Shown here: positions 35,260-45,149 of the stretch, piece after piece | Position numbering within the stretch: position 1 is the stretch's first letter | How the letters are laid out: each line of letters begins with the position of its first letter | NCBI GenBank assembly: GCA_963668675.2 | Contig: CAXXMB010000001.1 | Span: 704,001 to 768,000 of the forward strand | Origin: an uncultured Desulfatitalea sp. | GTDB taxonomy: Bacteria; Desulfobacterota; Desulfobacteria; Desulfobacterales; Desulfosarcinaceae | Direction of reading: 5' to 3' | Length of the DNA stretch: 64,000 nt | The notes under the pieces: model-generated | Seen by the model: only the letters and a program-made list of their open reading frames with translations | Database searches by the model: none | What the model was told of the DNA's origin: nothing | Made by a program: the position numbers and the translations under genes

Positions 35260-36480
35260 TTATTGAACGACGCGGGCAAGGTCCCACATGGGCATGTAGA
35301 TGGCCAGCGCAAAAAAACCGATGACGGCGGCCATGCCAACAATAAGGATCGGGCCAAGAGAGTCGTTAAATCGCTTTACAGTATAGGAGAGCTCCCAGTC
35401 GTAATGGGCGGCGATGTCGTCGAGCATCTCCTCCATATTGCCTGTCTCCTCACCGATGGCGGTCATGTTGATGACGATGGGCGTGAAATATCTCGATTGG
35501 CGCAGCGGGGCTGCGATACCGCGTCCCTCCTCCAGGCGGTCGAGCAGCCCTTCGAACTCCTGCGCGATTGCTTCATTGTGAACCGTTTCCGCAAGAATAT
35601 GCATCGAATCCATTATCCCCACACCGCTGGATTGGAGGATGGAAAAAATACCGGCAAATCGGGACATGGCCGCCTTCTGGAAGAGGGGCCCCAGCAATGG
35701 CAGGCTCAACAGAAGTTTGTCTTTCGCCAGGCGCCCTTCACTGGATTTAAGATAGAGGGAGATGCTGGTAATGAGCACAACGGCAGCCAGAAGAACGATA
35801 TACCAGTAGTCTGTCAGCACGTTGTATAGCATAATGCAGATTCTGGTTAAAAGCGGTAGTTCGAGGCCCGATTGCATGAAAATGTTTGAAAATTTCGGGA
35901 TGACGTAGGTCAGCAGCACGAAAAAGGCGATCACCAGAAAGGAGAGCACCATGGCCGGATATTGAAGCGCTGACCGTATTTCGGAGCGAATCTTGTAGTC
36001 ATGTTCCATCATGTCGATGAGTCGCTCGAGCACTTCGGACAGGGCGCCGCTGGCTTCACCGGCGCGAACCATGCTGCAGTAGAGCGAGGAGAAGATATCG
36101 GGATGTTTGCGGAACGATTCATAAAGGCTCGACCCTTGGGAAACATCATGACTCATGCCTACAATCACCCGTTTCAAGGCGGCGTTTTCCGTTTGCGACT
36201 CGATCGTCTTTAAAAGAGACATCATGGGAATGCCGGCGCGAACCATGGTACGGAACTGTTTGGTGAAAAGGATGAGCTCCGGGGTTTTGACCTGCCGCAC
36301 CAATTTGAGCAGGGGGGATAGCCATGAGATCTGTCTTTCGGATGTCCGTAGCTTTACCTTGGATGGAATCAGGCCGTTGCTCACTAGCAGGGTTGTTGCG
36401 GCGTCCTGGGATTCGGCTTCGATGGTGCCGGATATGGTGGCGCCGCTTTCGTTCACGGCTTGATATGAGTAAATCTGCAT
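35260..36480 (-). CDS. pilC: Type IV pilus platform protein (PilC/MshG/GspF)
   Basis: FTKQF.TM..AGIP, MVRAGEASG.L, IRSALQYP, IGEETG.M.EML, AIYMPMW. Confidence 0.92.
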   Translation of the reverse strand: MQIYSYQAVNESGATISGTIEAESQDAATTLLVSNGLIPSKVKLRTSERQISWLSPLLKLVRQVKTPELILFTKQFRTMVRAGIPMMSLLKTIESQTENAALKRVIVGMSHDVSQGSSLYESFRKHPDIFSSLYCSMVRAGEASGALSEVLERLIDMMEHDYKIRSEIRSALQYPAMVLSFLVIAFFVLLTYVIPKFSNIFMQSGLELPLLTRICIMLYNVLTDYWYIVLLAAVVLITSISLYLKSSEGRLAKDKLLLSLPLLGPLFQKAAMSRFAGIFSILQSSGVGIMDSMHILAETVHNEAIAQEFEGLLDRLEEGRGIAAPLRQSRYFTPIVINMTAIGEETGNMEEMLDDIAAHYDWELSYTVKRFNDSLGPILIVGMAAVIGFFALAIYMPMWDLARVVQ

Positions 36481-36538
36481 GAATATGCCTTCCGATACCC
36501 ACGTTGTGGATACCCGTTGCCTTGATCTGATTAAGTGA

Positions 36539-38248
36539 CTACAGCATCACTGCTGAGGCAGCCTCGTCAATTGTAGTGATGCCCTGGGCCACCTTCTCGG
36601 CGGCATCCTCCTTCAGTGTTTTCAATAGACCGGACTGGTGTGCCGCCCGGGTAATCTCCTGGGCCGAGTGGCGTTTCAGGATCATGTCCTGCACCATATC
36701 GTTGATGATCAGCACCTCGTAGATGCCGGTGCGCCCTTTGTACCCTTTGTCCATACAGTTGAAGCAGCCGTTGCCTTTGACCAGATTCGCATCGGGAACC
36801 CGATCCAGGCCCCAGAACTCCAGAGCGGCCTTGGGCGGTTTCGCCGGCTTACTGCAATAGGGGCACACCTTGCGCACCAGTCGCTGTGCGATGGAGACCA
36901 GCATGACCGAGGAGACCAGAAAGGGCTCCACCCCCATATCGATCAGCCTCGTGATCGCACCGGCCGCATCGTTGGTGTGGACCGTGCTGAGTACCCGGTG
37001 GCCGGTCAGAGCCGCCTGCACCGAAATGCCGGCGGTCTCTGCATCGCGCGTCTCTCCCACCATAATGACATCCGGATCCTGGCGCATGATCGAACGCAGA
37101 CCGCTGGCGAAGGTCATGCCGGCCTTTCGATTGAGCTGAATCTGCCGGATTTTGTTGACCCGGTATTCGACCGGATCTTCCAGCGTAATGATGTTGATAT
37201 CGGGCTGATTGATACGCTTCAGAATCGAATAGAGCGTGGTGCTTTTGCCGCTGCCTGTGGGACCGGTGCTCAGGATCATCCCGTAAGGCTTGAAGATCAT
37301 CGACTCCAGCTTCTGAATGTCCGAATCGCTCATGCCGAGTTCTTCCAGTGAATAGACACCGCTGCTGGTGTCGAGCAATCGCAGTACCAGATTTTCGCCA
37401 TGGATGGTTGGGATCGTGGAGGCCCTTATGTTGATCTCTTTGTTGTCCATGCGGATGGTGAAACGGCCGTCCTGGGGAATTCTCGAAAGGGATATATCCA
37501 TACTGGCCAGAATTTTGAGGCGGGATACGATCAGCATATGCATCGATTTGGGTGGGGCCGGCACATCGTGAAGCTTGCCGTCCACCCTGAACCTTACCTG
37601 GACGCGGTCTTTTTCAGGGCTGATATGCACGTCGCTGGCGCCGTCGCGCACCGCCTGGGATAGGATCGAGTTAACCAGGCGAATGACTGGCGCCTCTTCG
37701 GCCATGTCGTGCAGCGATTTGACCTCCAGATCTTCCGAGGTGTTATCCCGTTCGCCGTTTTGAGTACGATTGACCTCCATCTCCTCCATGTGCTCGAGCA
37801 TGCCGCCCATGGAGGAGTAGGTGCCGTAAAGACTTCCCAGCAAGTGGTTCCACTCCTGGTAGGTGCAGATCACCGGCTCGACCTCCATATTGGTGTGAAC
37901 CTCAACGGCATCCAGGGCGTTGATATCGGTTGGATCGGTCATGGCCAGGGTGAGCAGGTAGTTGGTTTTGGAGAGTGGAATGGCTTGCAGCCGCTGCGCC
38001 ATCTCCGCCGGGATCAGCTCTGTAAGTCCCATGTCGATGGGATAATTGTCCGGATGGTATTTTTGAATCTTCAACTGCTGCGAAATCAGATCTGTGATCT
38101 GGGCGCCCGCCACGATTCCTTCGCGAACGAGGAACTGGCCCAGTTTCATATTGTTTCGCTTATGATCCAGAACCGCTTGTTTGAGCTGTTCATCGGTCAT
38201 GAGGCCGGCTTCCACCAGCATTTCACCCAGTCGCTTTTTATTCTTCAC
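36539..38248 (-). CDS. pilB: Pilus assembly ATPase PilB/MshE with N-terminal MshEN c-di-GMP-binding domain
   Basis: RLGEMLVEAGL...KLGQFLVREGI; GASDVHI.P, PQDGR, GPTGSGKSTT, TLEDPVE, RQDPDVIMVGE.RD, CPYC/CFNC zinc motif. Confidence 0.93.
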   Translation of the reverse strand: MKNKKRLGEMLVEAGLMTDEQLKQAVLDHKRNNMKLGQFLVREGIVAGAQITDLISQQLKIQKYHPDNYPIDMGLTELIPAEMAQRLQAIPLSKTNYLLTLAMTDPTDINALDAVEVHTNMEVEPVICTYQEWNHLLGSLYGTYSSMGGMLEHMEEMEVNRTQNGERDNTSEDLEVKSLHDMAEEAPVIRLVNSILSQAVRDGASDVHISPEKDRVQVRFRVDGKLHDVPAPPKSMHMLIVSRLKILASMDISLSRIPQDGRFTIRMDNKEINIRASTIPTIHGENLVLRLLDTSSGVYSLEELGMSDSDIQKLESMIFKPYGMILSTGPTGSGKSTTLYSILKRINQPDINIITLEDPVEYRVNKIRQIQLNRKAGMTFASGLRSIMRQDPDVIMVGETRDAETAGISVQAALTGHRVLSTVHTNDAAGAITRLIDMGVEPFLVSSVMLVSIAQRLVRKVCPYCSKPAKPPKAALEFWGLDRVPDANLVKGNGCFNCMDKGYKGRTGIYEVLIINDMVQDMILKRHSAQEITRAAHQSGLLKTLKEDAAEKVAQGITTIDEAASAVML

Positions 38249-38293
38249 GTTTTTGCCTCACCGATTCTATGGAGTGTAAAAAATTGTGACATA

Positions 38294-39991
38294 TCAATAC
38301 AGATATGAATAAATCAGCGCACCATCGGGCCACTCTGATTGAATGTGGCCGTGTTTCACCATACCGGACGGCAGTGCGCTCAAGTAGCCGATGGCATCGT
38401 CCGGGTCGGGAAAACATCGCTTGGCAGCCAGCGAGAAGACCAACCCCTGTGAAGGGTTCCAGTTCGAAATCATGCGCAGCGCCACCTTTTCAGTCTCTTT
38501 GAGATCGTAAAGCCGCTGAACCGCTTGCCCCAATTGATACTGCTCCTCTACGACGACCCAGTGGCATTTGCCCTTTGAGATGTCCGGCTGATGCTTCAAG
38601 GCCGGGAAGTAGATGATATCTCCCAGATCGATGGCGTTTGGATTGACGATGTGCGGATTGGCTTCGATCACGGCGCGCATATTTCGATTTGAGGAGCGCC
38701 CGTATACGGTCCCCACCATCTGGAACAGGGTGTCGCCCGGTTTGACCGAGAGCTGGCCCAGCATATCGGGCGGAGACGTCATCGCGGTTGATGGTTGGGC
38801 GGCCGGCGGCGTCTCGATCTTTTCGACCGCAGCGAGTTGAGAGATTTGGGCTTCGTCTTCAGGTTCAGGTTCGGTCGTTTTGGGTAGCGGCTCTTGAACT
38901 GGATCTTGAGGAACCGGAAGGGCCTCGGATGTGTCATTGACCTGGGGAGGCGCTGTCACTGGAGAGATCTCCTGCACGACAGCAACCTTCGGAGAGGAGG
39001 CTGGTTCGGTAACCGGCGATGTTTCCGGCGGAATTTTGAAGATCGGAACAGTACTTTTTTCAGATAAGATCAGATCCTTGTAAGGTACCAGGATGATCGC
39101 CGCGGCAATGACGATTGCGGAAGCCAGTGTGCCGAAAAGAAGAAGGCGCCGTACCCATCTCTTCTGCGTCCCCATCCGGTTTTTGCAGGATCGGATGATC
39201 GACCAACCGGCTTTCGACCGGTTTTGGATAATCATGGTCAGAACGCTTTGGTGGCATAGGTGGACGATTTTACGCGGATACCCCTTGCTGAAGCGGTAGA
39301 TTGCCCATAGTGCTGGAAGGGTGAATAGGGCCTTCGGTTTTGGTGTTCTACTGGAGAGTTTGAGACGATGATAGATCATCTGGCGCGTGTCGTTGAAATC
39401 CATGGGCGCCAGGTAGTGCAGCCAATTGATACGGTCCGCGAAGTTGGCATGCCGCTTGAGGATCTCCTCAATTTCGGGTTGGGCAAAGATGACGATCTGG
39501 AGCAGCTTGAAGTCGTTGGTTTCGTAGTTGAGCAGTTCCCGAAGGATCTCAATACAGTCGGCGGTGATCTTCTGGCCCTCATCGAGAATGAGGACGGTTG
39601 TTCGTTTTTTATCGACGCCTTCAGTGAAGAGCCGCTGCTTAATGGCCTCTTTAAGTGACATGTCGGTAGCGGGGGAGGGCTCCGGCGTCTCTTTGCAGAT
39701 CATGGAGAAGAGCAGCTTAAGGCACTCTGTGGCGCTGCCGAAGGAGGGGTCGAGAATGAGATGCGTCCGGATATCGGCTTCGGTGTCAAATCGGCGTATC
39801 AGCTCTCTGCAGAGGGTGGTCTTTCCCGTACCGATGTCGCCTATGATGACATTGAGCCCCCGGCGCAGCCTGAGCGCCAATTCCAGTTTCTGCAGGCACA
39901 CGTTGTGCTGCTTGGAGTGGTAGAAAAATTCAGGATCCGGTGAGTTGGAAAACGGTTCCTTCTTAAGCTGCAGTAGTTTGAAATAATCCAT
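38294..39991 (-). CDS. ExeA/GspA/MshM-like AAA ATPase with TM and LysM domain
   Basis: PFSNSPDP.FFY, GDIGTGKTT, LILDEGQ, G.PRKI..LC; LysM VKPGDTL...NP.I.NPN.I..G. Confidence 0.88.
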   Translation of the reverse strand: MDYFKLLQLKKEPFSNSPDPEFFYHSKQHNVCLQKLELALRLRRGLNVIIGDIGTGKTTLCRELIRRFDTEADIRTHLILDPSFGSATECLKLLFSMICKETPEPSPATDMSLKEAIKQRLFTEGVDKKRTTVLILDEGQKITADCIEILRELLNYETNDFKLLQIVIFAQPEIEEILKRHANFADRINWLHYLAPMDFNDTRQMIYHRLKLSSRTPKPKALFTLPALWAIYRFSKGYPRKIVHLCHQSVLTMIIQNRSKAGWSIIRSCKNRMGTQKRWVRRLLLFGTLASAIVIAAAIILVPYKDLILSEKSTVPIFKIPPETSPVTEPASSPKVAVVQEISPVTAPPQVNDTSEALPVPQDPVQEPLPKTTEPEPEDEAQISQLAAVEKIETPPAAQPSTAMTSPPDMLGQLSVKPGDTLFQMVGTVYGRSSNRNMRAVIEANPHIVNPNAIDLGDIIYFPALKHQPDISKGKCHWVVVEEQYQLGQAVQRLYDLKETEKVALRMISNWNPSQGLVFSLAAKRCFPDPDDAIGYLSALPSGMVKHGHIQSEWPDGALIYSYLY

Positions 39992-40051
39992 GGGTATTTG
40001 AAGATTTTTTTAAAGCGTCAACGATAACGAACCGACTGCTTATTCGATTAA

Positions 40052-40123
40052 CGTCATGCCGGACTCGATCCGGCATCCAGAATACATTGAAAAAACTGGA
40101 TTTCGGCCTTCGCCGGAATGACG
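40052..40123. repeat. CGTC-family REP dimer (inverted pair)
   Basis: CGTCATGCCGGACTCGATCCGGCATCCAG (40052-40080) and CTGGATTTCGGCCTTCGCCGGAATGACG (40096-40123). Confidence 0.85.
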
Positions 40124-40204
40124 GGAAATGCACTTTTGGGACTTCTTACTATTTCATCATCTAATATGTCCCCAAATTATAAAAGAGGGCTGTCCCACCG
40201 GGGG

Positions 40205-41788
40205 TTAAGGTTTATCTGAAGCTTCCGCTGCAGAGACCGGTTTGGTGCTGAGAATGCGCGGTGTGATGAAGATCAACAGCTCCTGCATCTCTTCGCTCTT
40301 GCCCTGGTTTTTAAACAGATACCCGATCAGGGGGATCTTGCTGAGCCAGGGCACCCCGGCCTCAGTGTTCTGTGTCGTGTTTTTTTTCAGTCCGCCGATG
40401 ACGGTTGTCTGGCCGTCGAAAAGGATGACATTGGTCGAGGCCTTCTTGGCCACAATGGTCGGATAGGTCTGTACGGTGCGGGTAAAATCGACCTCGTTCT
40501 TGGTTGTGACGATTTCAAGTTTGAGCACATCCGACTGAATGACGTGAGGGGTTACCTCCAGGCTCAGCAGGGCATCCTTGTAAATGACATTGGATGTGTC
40601 GCTCAAAAATACGGGTATCGGCACTTCGTCTCCGCTTTCGATCACCGCCTTGGCATTATCCAGGGTGGTAATCGAAGGACTGGAGAGGATGTTGAGTTTG
40701 CCCTCCTCCTCCAGGGCCGAAAGCTGTAGTGCCAGAATACCGCTTGTTCCCTGGGTGATAAGCCCTAAAAACATGCCGGTGCCGGTTTGTGTTGCATTGT
40801 TCAGATTGGCGGGAAAGTTGATGCCGGTGCCGGACGATGGGTTGAGGGAGCCCGGGGTGACGCCGCTGACCTGGTCCGCGGCATTGGGTGCAATCCAGAA
40901 GTTGTCACCACCGTTGTTAAATAACCCTCCCCACTGGACACCAAGCTCGCGCGCTGTTCGGTTGGTCGTCTCGACGATATGGGCTTCGATCAGGATCTGG
41001 GGCGTGGGGCGATCCAGTTCCATGATCATGGGGATAATCCGATCGATGTCGGTGGGCGTCGCTTGCACGATGAGTGAATTGGTGTGTGTGTCCACCATCA
41101 CAGAACCCACCGATTCGCCCTTTTTTTCAGAACTGAGCACCTTTTCGATACTCTCTTTCAATTTTTCAGCACTGGCGAAATCAATGGGGATGATCTTGGT
41201 AACCAGCGGCGCCTTGTTCTCCAACTCCCTGCGCTTGGCGAGTATCTTCTCCTCGGTTTCCAGGTTCTTGAGGTCGCGGTCCCGGTCTTCGATGGTGACG
41301 ATGCGGACAATATTGCCCTCCCATTCATAGGCCAAACCCTGTGAGTTCAATATGCCGGTGAATACCTGGTCCCAGCGGGCATCTTTGACGTTGATGCTGA
41401 TTTTCCCCTTAACGCCTTCGTTGATCATGATGTTCAGATCTACTGAGCGCGCCAGAGCGCGCAGCAAAACCGGCACCTCGGTCATGTGCATCTTCATCGT
41501 GATTTTGCGCTGGGGCAGGACGTGTGATGGGTTGGGTTTGCTGAAATCGGGGCCGAGGGTTTCAATTCTCTTCGTCGTCGGTTCAAGCGATCTTTCCCGT
41601 GCGGCCGGCGAATATCCTTTGCTCTGCTCGACCAGCTGTTTCCACTGTTCAACGGCCGACGGCTGCTGCTCCTGGGTATTGGCACACCCCCAGGCAGAAG
41701 CAAGGAAAAAGACCATGGCCAATACGGAGATCGTTCTTCGATGAGTCAACATCATATCCATTTCCATTTTACGGGGTTTGTCGTTCAA
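40205..41788 (-). CDS. pilQ: Type IV pilus secretin PilQ (probable lipoprotein signal)
   Basis: LDRPTPQILIEAHIVE, LSALEEEG...ILSSP.I.T.DN, GVPWLSKIPLIGYLF, ELLIFITPRI; AWG|C lipobox. Confidence 0.92.
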   Translation of the reverse strand: MNDKPRKMEMDMMLTHRRTISVLAMVFFLASAWGCANTQEQQPSAVEQWKQLVEQSKGYSPAARERSLEPTTKRIETLGPDFSKPNPSHVLPQRKITMKMHMTEVPVLLRALARSVDLNIMINEGVKGKISINVKDARWDQVFTGILNSQGLAYEWEGNIVRIVTIEDRDRDLKNLETEEKILAKRRELENKAPLVTKIIPIDFASAEKLKESIEKVLSSEKKGESVGSVMVDTHTNSLIVQATPTDIDRIIPMIMELDRPTPQILIEAHIVETTNRTARELGVQWGGLFNNGGDNFWIAPNAADQVSGVTPGSLNPSSGTGINFPANLNNATQTGTGMFLGLITQGTSGILALQLSALEEEGKLNILSSPSITTLDNAKAVIESGDEVPIPVFLSDTSNVIYKDALLSLEVTPHVIQSDVLKLEIVTTKNEVDFTRTVQTYPTIVAKKASTNVILFDGQTTVIGGLKKNTTQNTEAGVPWLSKIPLIGYLFKNQGKSEEMQELLIFITPRILSTKPVSAAEASDKP

Positions 41789-41806
41789 ATGCCTCTTCGA
41801 TCGTCT

Positions 41807-42328
41807 TTAGTACTCTTCCTGGATGTTCAGTTGGATCACTTCCAACGTGTCGACATTCCCTATCACCACCTTGTTGGGTGCGATGCTCTTGATGTAGTAG
41901 CCTCGGGTGCCGATGGATTCACCGGCGGTGTACTCCATGCCGTTGATCACGGCCAGCCGTTTGGCGCCAAGCTCGAGATAACCCGTATAAGCATAGTCGG
42001 GAGCGGGAGCCTTCGATTGCATGTCCGAAGCTGCAGGTGACTGGACGGTCGCCTGCTCTTTAAGAAGGGCGCTGGATCTAATGAAAGGGTCCTTCACCCA
42101 ATCCATCCCGGCCCGTTGGACCATATACTGATACTCCTCCGACATTTTCTCCTTCACCATTTTTTGCGTCACTTCCGCCACAAATCCCCTGAGCTCCTCC
42201 AGTGGATTGGCCTTGGAGGCGGTGACACGCTCTTTTTTCCCGCCGCCTCCGCTACCGATGAGCTCATAGGCGCCGTAAAAAATGGTGAGGCACATCACAC
42301 CGACAATAACTTTTTCACGTGTGGTCAT
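41807..42328 (-). CDS. PilP/MshK-like pilus assembly protein
   Basis: N-terminal TM, W.KDPF, YTGY...AVING..Y..GE.I; lies between pilO and pilQ. Confidence 0.7.
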   Translation of the reverse strand: MTTREKVIVGVMCLTIFYGAYELIGSGGGGKKERVTASKANPLEELRGFVAEVTQKMVKEKMSEEYQYMVQRAGMDWVKDPFIRSSALLKEQATVQSPAASDMQSKAPAPDYAYTGYLELGAKRLAVINGMEYTAGESIGTRGYYIKSIAPNKVVIGNVDTLEVIQLNIQEEY

Positions 42329-42334
42329 CGATTA

Positions 42335-42856
42335 TCATTCCTGATTGAGTTGCAGCTTAAGCTGCAACCGTTTTGAAGACGTTTCCGTATTCATCTTGAG
42401 CTCGTCAATCGATTTCAGGTACGGCAGTTTGCAGATGCCCAGCAGCAAACGTCTGAAATTAAAAAAGTCGCCGCTGAAGGTGACGCGTATCGTCAATTGG
42501 CCCGATTCATCCAGATAGCTGCTGGCATCGGGTACGGCACTCTCAAACATCACCTCGCACTGTTTGGCCATTTCAGCAAAGACATCGTTGAGGTCCGCGA
42601 TCGTCCGTTTTTCAATTTTACCCGTTTCCGGTATGGGCAAGTCTCTGGGCATCTCTTTCTGGGCCTGTTTGATCAGCTCGCGATAGATGGGATTGAGAAG
42701 CTCCTGCTCTTGAATTTTCATCTGAACGGTGTCGAGTTCCTCCTCCAGATCGGAAATTTCACCTGAATTGGGGATGATAAACAAAAAAACGAAGGCAAGG
42801 ATGCCACCGCAGCAGGTGACAAGATAGATCAGGTTTTGGGGATGTAGCTTCGACAT
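42335..42856 (-). CDS. PilO/MshJ-like pilus assembly protein
   Basis: N-terminal TM, coiled coil, ferredoxin-like FSGDF..F..LL..I..LP. Confidence 0.75.
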   Translation of the reverse strand: MSKLHPQNLIYLVTCCGGILAFVFLFIIPNSGEISDLEEELDTVQMKIQEQELLNPIYRELIKQAQKEMPRDLPIPETGKIEKRTIADLNDVFAEMAKQCEVMFESAVPDASSYLDESGQLTIRVTFSGDFFNFRRLLLGICKLPYLKSIDELKMNTETSSKRLQLKLQLNQE

Positions 42857-42940
42857 GATTTTCGCTCAAATTTTTAAAAAACGGTTGTCAGAACTTTCGC
42901 TCAGAGGCCGTTGGATGATCTGTCGACCATTTCGGCTTGC

Positions 42941-44806
42941 CTAAAGGACATCCAGCTTCGCACTGAAACGCAGCACCTCCTGATTGTCGTAGAACTCTCT
43001 TCTCTTGTTCTTCAATGCCGGCCTTGCGAAGAGCGGCGAATTTTTCAGGTTGAGCAGGTAGCTGGTCAAAGCGGTTTCGAAACCGGCCGGATCGGTGAAG
43101 ATGACACCGGTAACCATAAAGCTGTTCTTGGCCCCTTTTTCACCGTCGTTTGAAAATGCGCCTTCAATCTCTATCAGACGAATGTTAGAAGGGGTGATTT
43201 GTGACAATTCGTTGATCAAGGCCAGTGGGGCGTATCGCCGTACGATCTTTTCAAACCCCTGGCGCTTTTGCTTGGTTTTGGAAAAAAGCGCCAGCAGGAT
43301 CTCCTTTTGCGCTACCGGATTAAACGATAGCAGTTTGTAGTTCAGCTTGTTGATCTGCTCTCTTTTGTCGTCCAATTGCCTCTCCTGCCACGAAAAGAGC
43401 CCGATCAGAAAAAGCAGACAGATCATGCATCCAATCAATACGCGCTGGTTAAAAGCGCGAACGCTCTCCACCTGCTCTTTATCCTTGTGGGTGAAGAGTA
43501 CATTGGGGGTTTTGAGGTTGTTCGAAAGTGACAGACCGATGGCCGGCAGATAGCTCTCCCGCTCGGCCTGCGTTTCGGGAATGTTCACCTGGCGAATAAA
43601 TGAGGCACCTGGAGAGAACGGATTCATCACTTCAACGGGCAGATCAAGCTGACGACCGATATGATCGACGATCATCTGGTTTGCCGTAATCTGACCCGAC
43701 AGGTAAATTCGTTTGACGCCGTTGCCCTGGAAATTGAGCATGTAGTGCTCGAATGTCCTCTCGACCTGGCGAATCAAGCGTTCCATCGCCGGAAGGATCA
43801 TCTGGAAAACATGGGGAGCGCCGGGTGAACTTTCTTCTTCGGAGGGTCGGGAGGGTTTCAATTTCTGGTGTAGAAAATCAAAGAACAGCTTCTGCGACTC
43901 CGGTGGAATGGCGTCGAGCAGTTCGGCCCCCTCGTTCTGGCCGTTACCAGGCGGTGGGTTGCTGCTTGTCCAGTCGTTCTGACCGTGCATGGCGATATTG
44001 ATGGCTTCGACCATACTGCGCATGCCGGCTTTGATGCCCCTGGACAATACCAGATTGCCTTTGCTGTAGATCGCTATTCGGGACCAATCGCGCCCGATAA
44101 AAAGAGAGCATACATCCTGCTCCGGCTGTGTGATGATCTTGGAGCGAAATAGATTCTGGATTGCGAACGGTACGATAGAGATGCCTTTGAGCGGATATCC
44201 GATTTGATTGAACACACTCTTAAGCTGGACGACTTCCGCTTTGGGCGTTTTGAAGGCCATGACATCGGTTTTTTTTACCCCGCCTTCGTTGATATCCTCC
44301 AATATTTCAAAATCCAGAATTTCATCTTTTTCATTGAACTCAACCTTGTTGGTGAAAGTCCAGAAGACAGCGTTGGCTATCTGCTTACGAGGCAGTTTTG
44401 GAATTCGTAACCGGCGGGTTTCGACCTTGGCGGAAGGAATGGTGCTCCAGATTTCATGGTCGGAACGATCTCCACAGATGCGATCGAGGCCATCCTTCAA
44501 TCGGTCTGTAAACGAGGGGTCGTTGAAAGACACCTGTGATCCGAAAGGGATATCGATGTAGTCCAACAGCTCATAGCTCTTGTCTTTCAAACGGACGGTT
44601 TTAGCGATCTTGATATAGGTGTGGCCGATGTCCACACCTATAGTGTACCTGTTTTTAAAAGATATCGAAGGTACAATGGATTTTTTTTTCTTATCAGGCC
44701 GATTTTTCCCGCCGCTCGCAGCCATCTCGTGTTGATCGTCTTGATTTGGGCTGCGAATCAATTCGAGGAGCTTTTCGGTGGAGTTTATTTCGTCGGGCTT
44801 GCTCAA
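42941..44806 (-). CDS. PilM-PilN fusion protein
   Basis: Actin-like IGVDIG...IKI at the N-terminus, IYLSG, PAIGLSL, then a TM and a PilN-like ELSQITP.NI.L...L..SPLF; GGAGGG RBS before TTG. Confidence 0.8.
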   Translation of the reverse strand: MSKPDEINSTEKLLELIRSPNQDDQHEMAASGGKNRPDKKKKSIVPSISFKNRYTIGVDIGHTYIKIAKTVRLKDKSYELLDYIDIPFGSQVSFNDPSFTDRLKDGLDRICGDRSDHEIWSTIPSAKVETRRLRIPKLPRKQIANAVFWTFTNKVEFNEKDEILDFEILEDINEGGVKKTDVMAFKTPKAEVVQLKSVFNQIGYPLKGISIVPFAIQNLFRSKIITQPEQDVCSLFIGRDWSRIAIYSKGNLVLSRGIKAGMRSMVEAINIAMHGQNDWTSSNPPPGNGQNEGAELLDAIPPESQKLFFDFLHQKLKPSRPSEEESSPGAPHVFQMILPAMERLIRQVERTFEHYMLNFQGNGVKRIYLSGQITANQMIVDHIGRQLDLPVEVMNPFSPGASFIRQVNIPETQAERESYLPAIGLSLSNNLKTPNVLFTHKDKEQVESVRAFNQRVLIGCMICLLFLIGLFSWQERQLDDKREQINKLNYKLLSFNPVAQKEILLALFSKTKQKRQGFEKIVRRYAPLALINELSQITPSNIRLIEIEGAFSNDGEKGAKNSFMVTGVIFTDPAGFETALTSYLLNLKNSPLFARPALKNKRREFYDNQEVLRFSAKLDVL

Positions 44807-45149
44807 AGTAGATCCCCTCCTGGCTATGTGCAGGGCAGTGCAGCTCAGTATAAAGACGGCATCTCTTTTTTAGGTCACAAAGTACCTGTTTTGTCAAGTG
44901 ATATTCAAAAATCGGCAAGCGCTTTTCGGATGTCAGAATGAGGTATTTGGTCTTTTAAGCAACCACAACCGATGGGGATTGGTGTTGGCCGAGCGAAATA
45001 CAAGTTTCTTGAAAAAAGGCGACAGAGGGTGTAATTTGTCCAAATTGATCATTTTGCAGTAATGTGAGCTCACCCGAGAGGCACCTGCCGGCGCACAGCG
45101 CGTCCATTGACGATTTTTATAACGCCTGCACGGCTGCGAAGACACGCTA

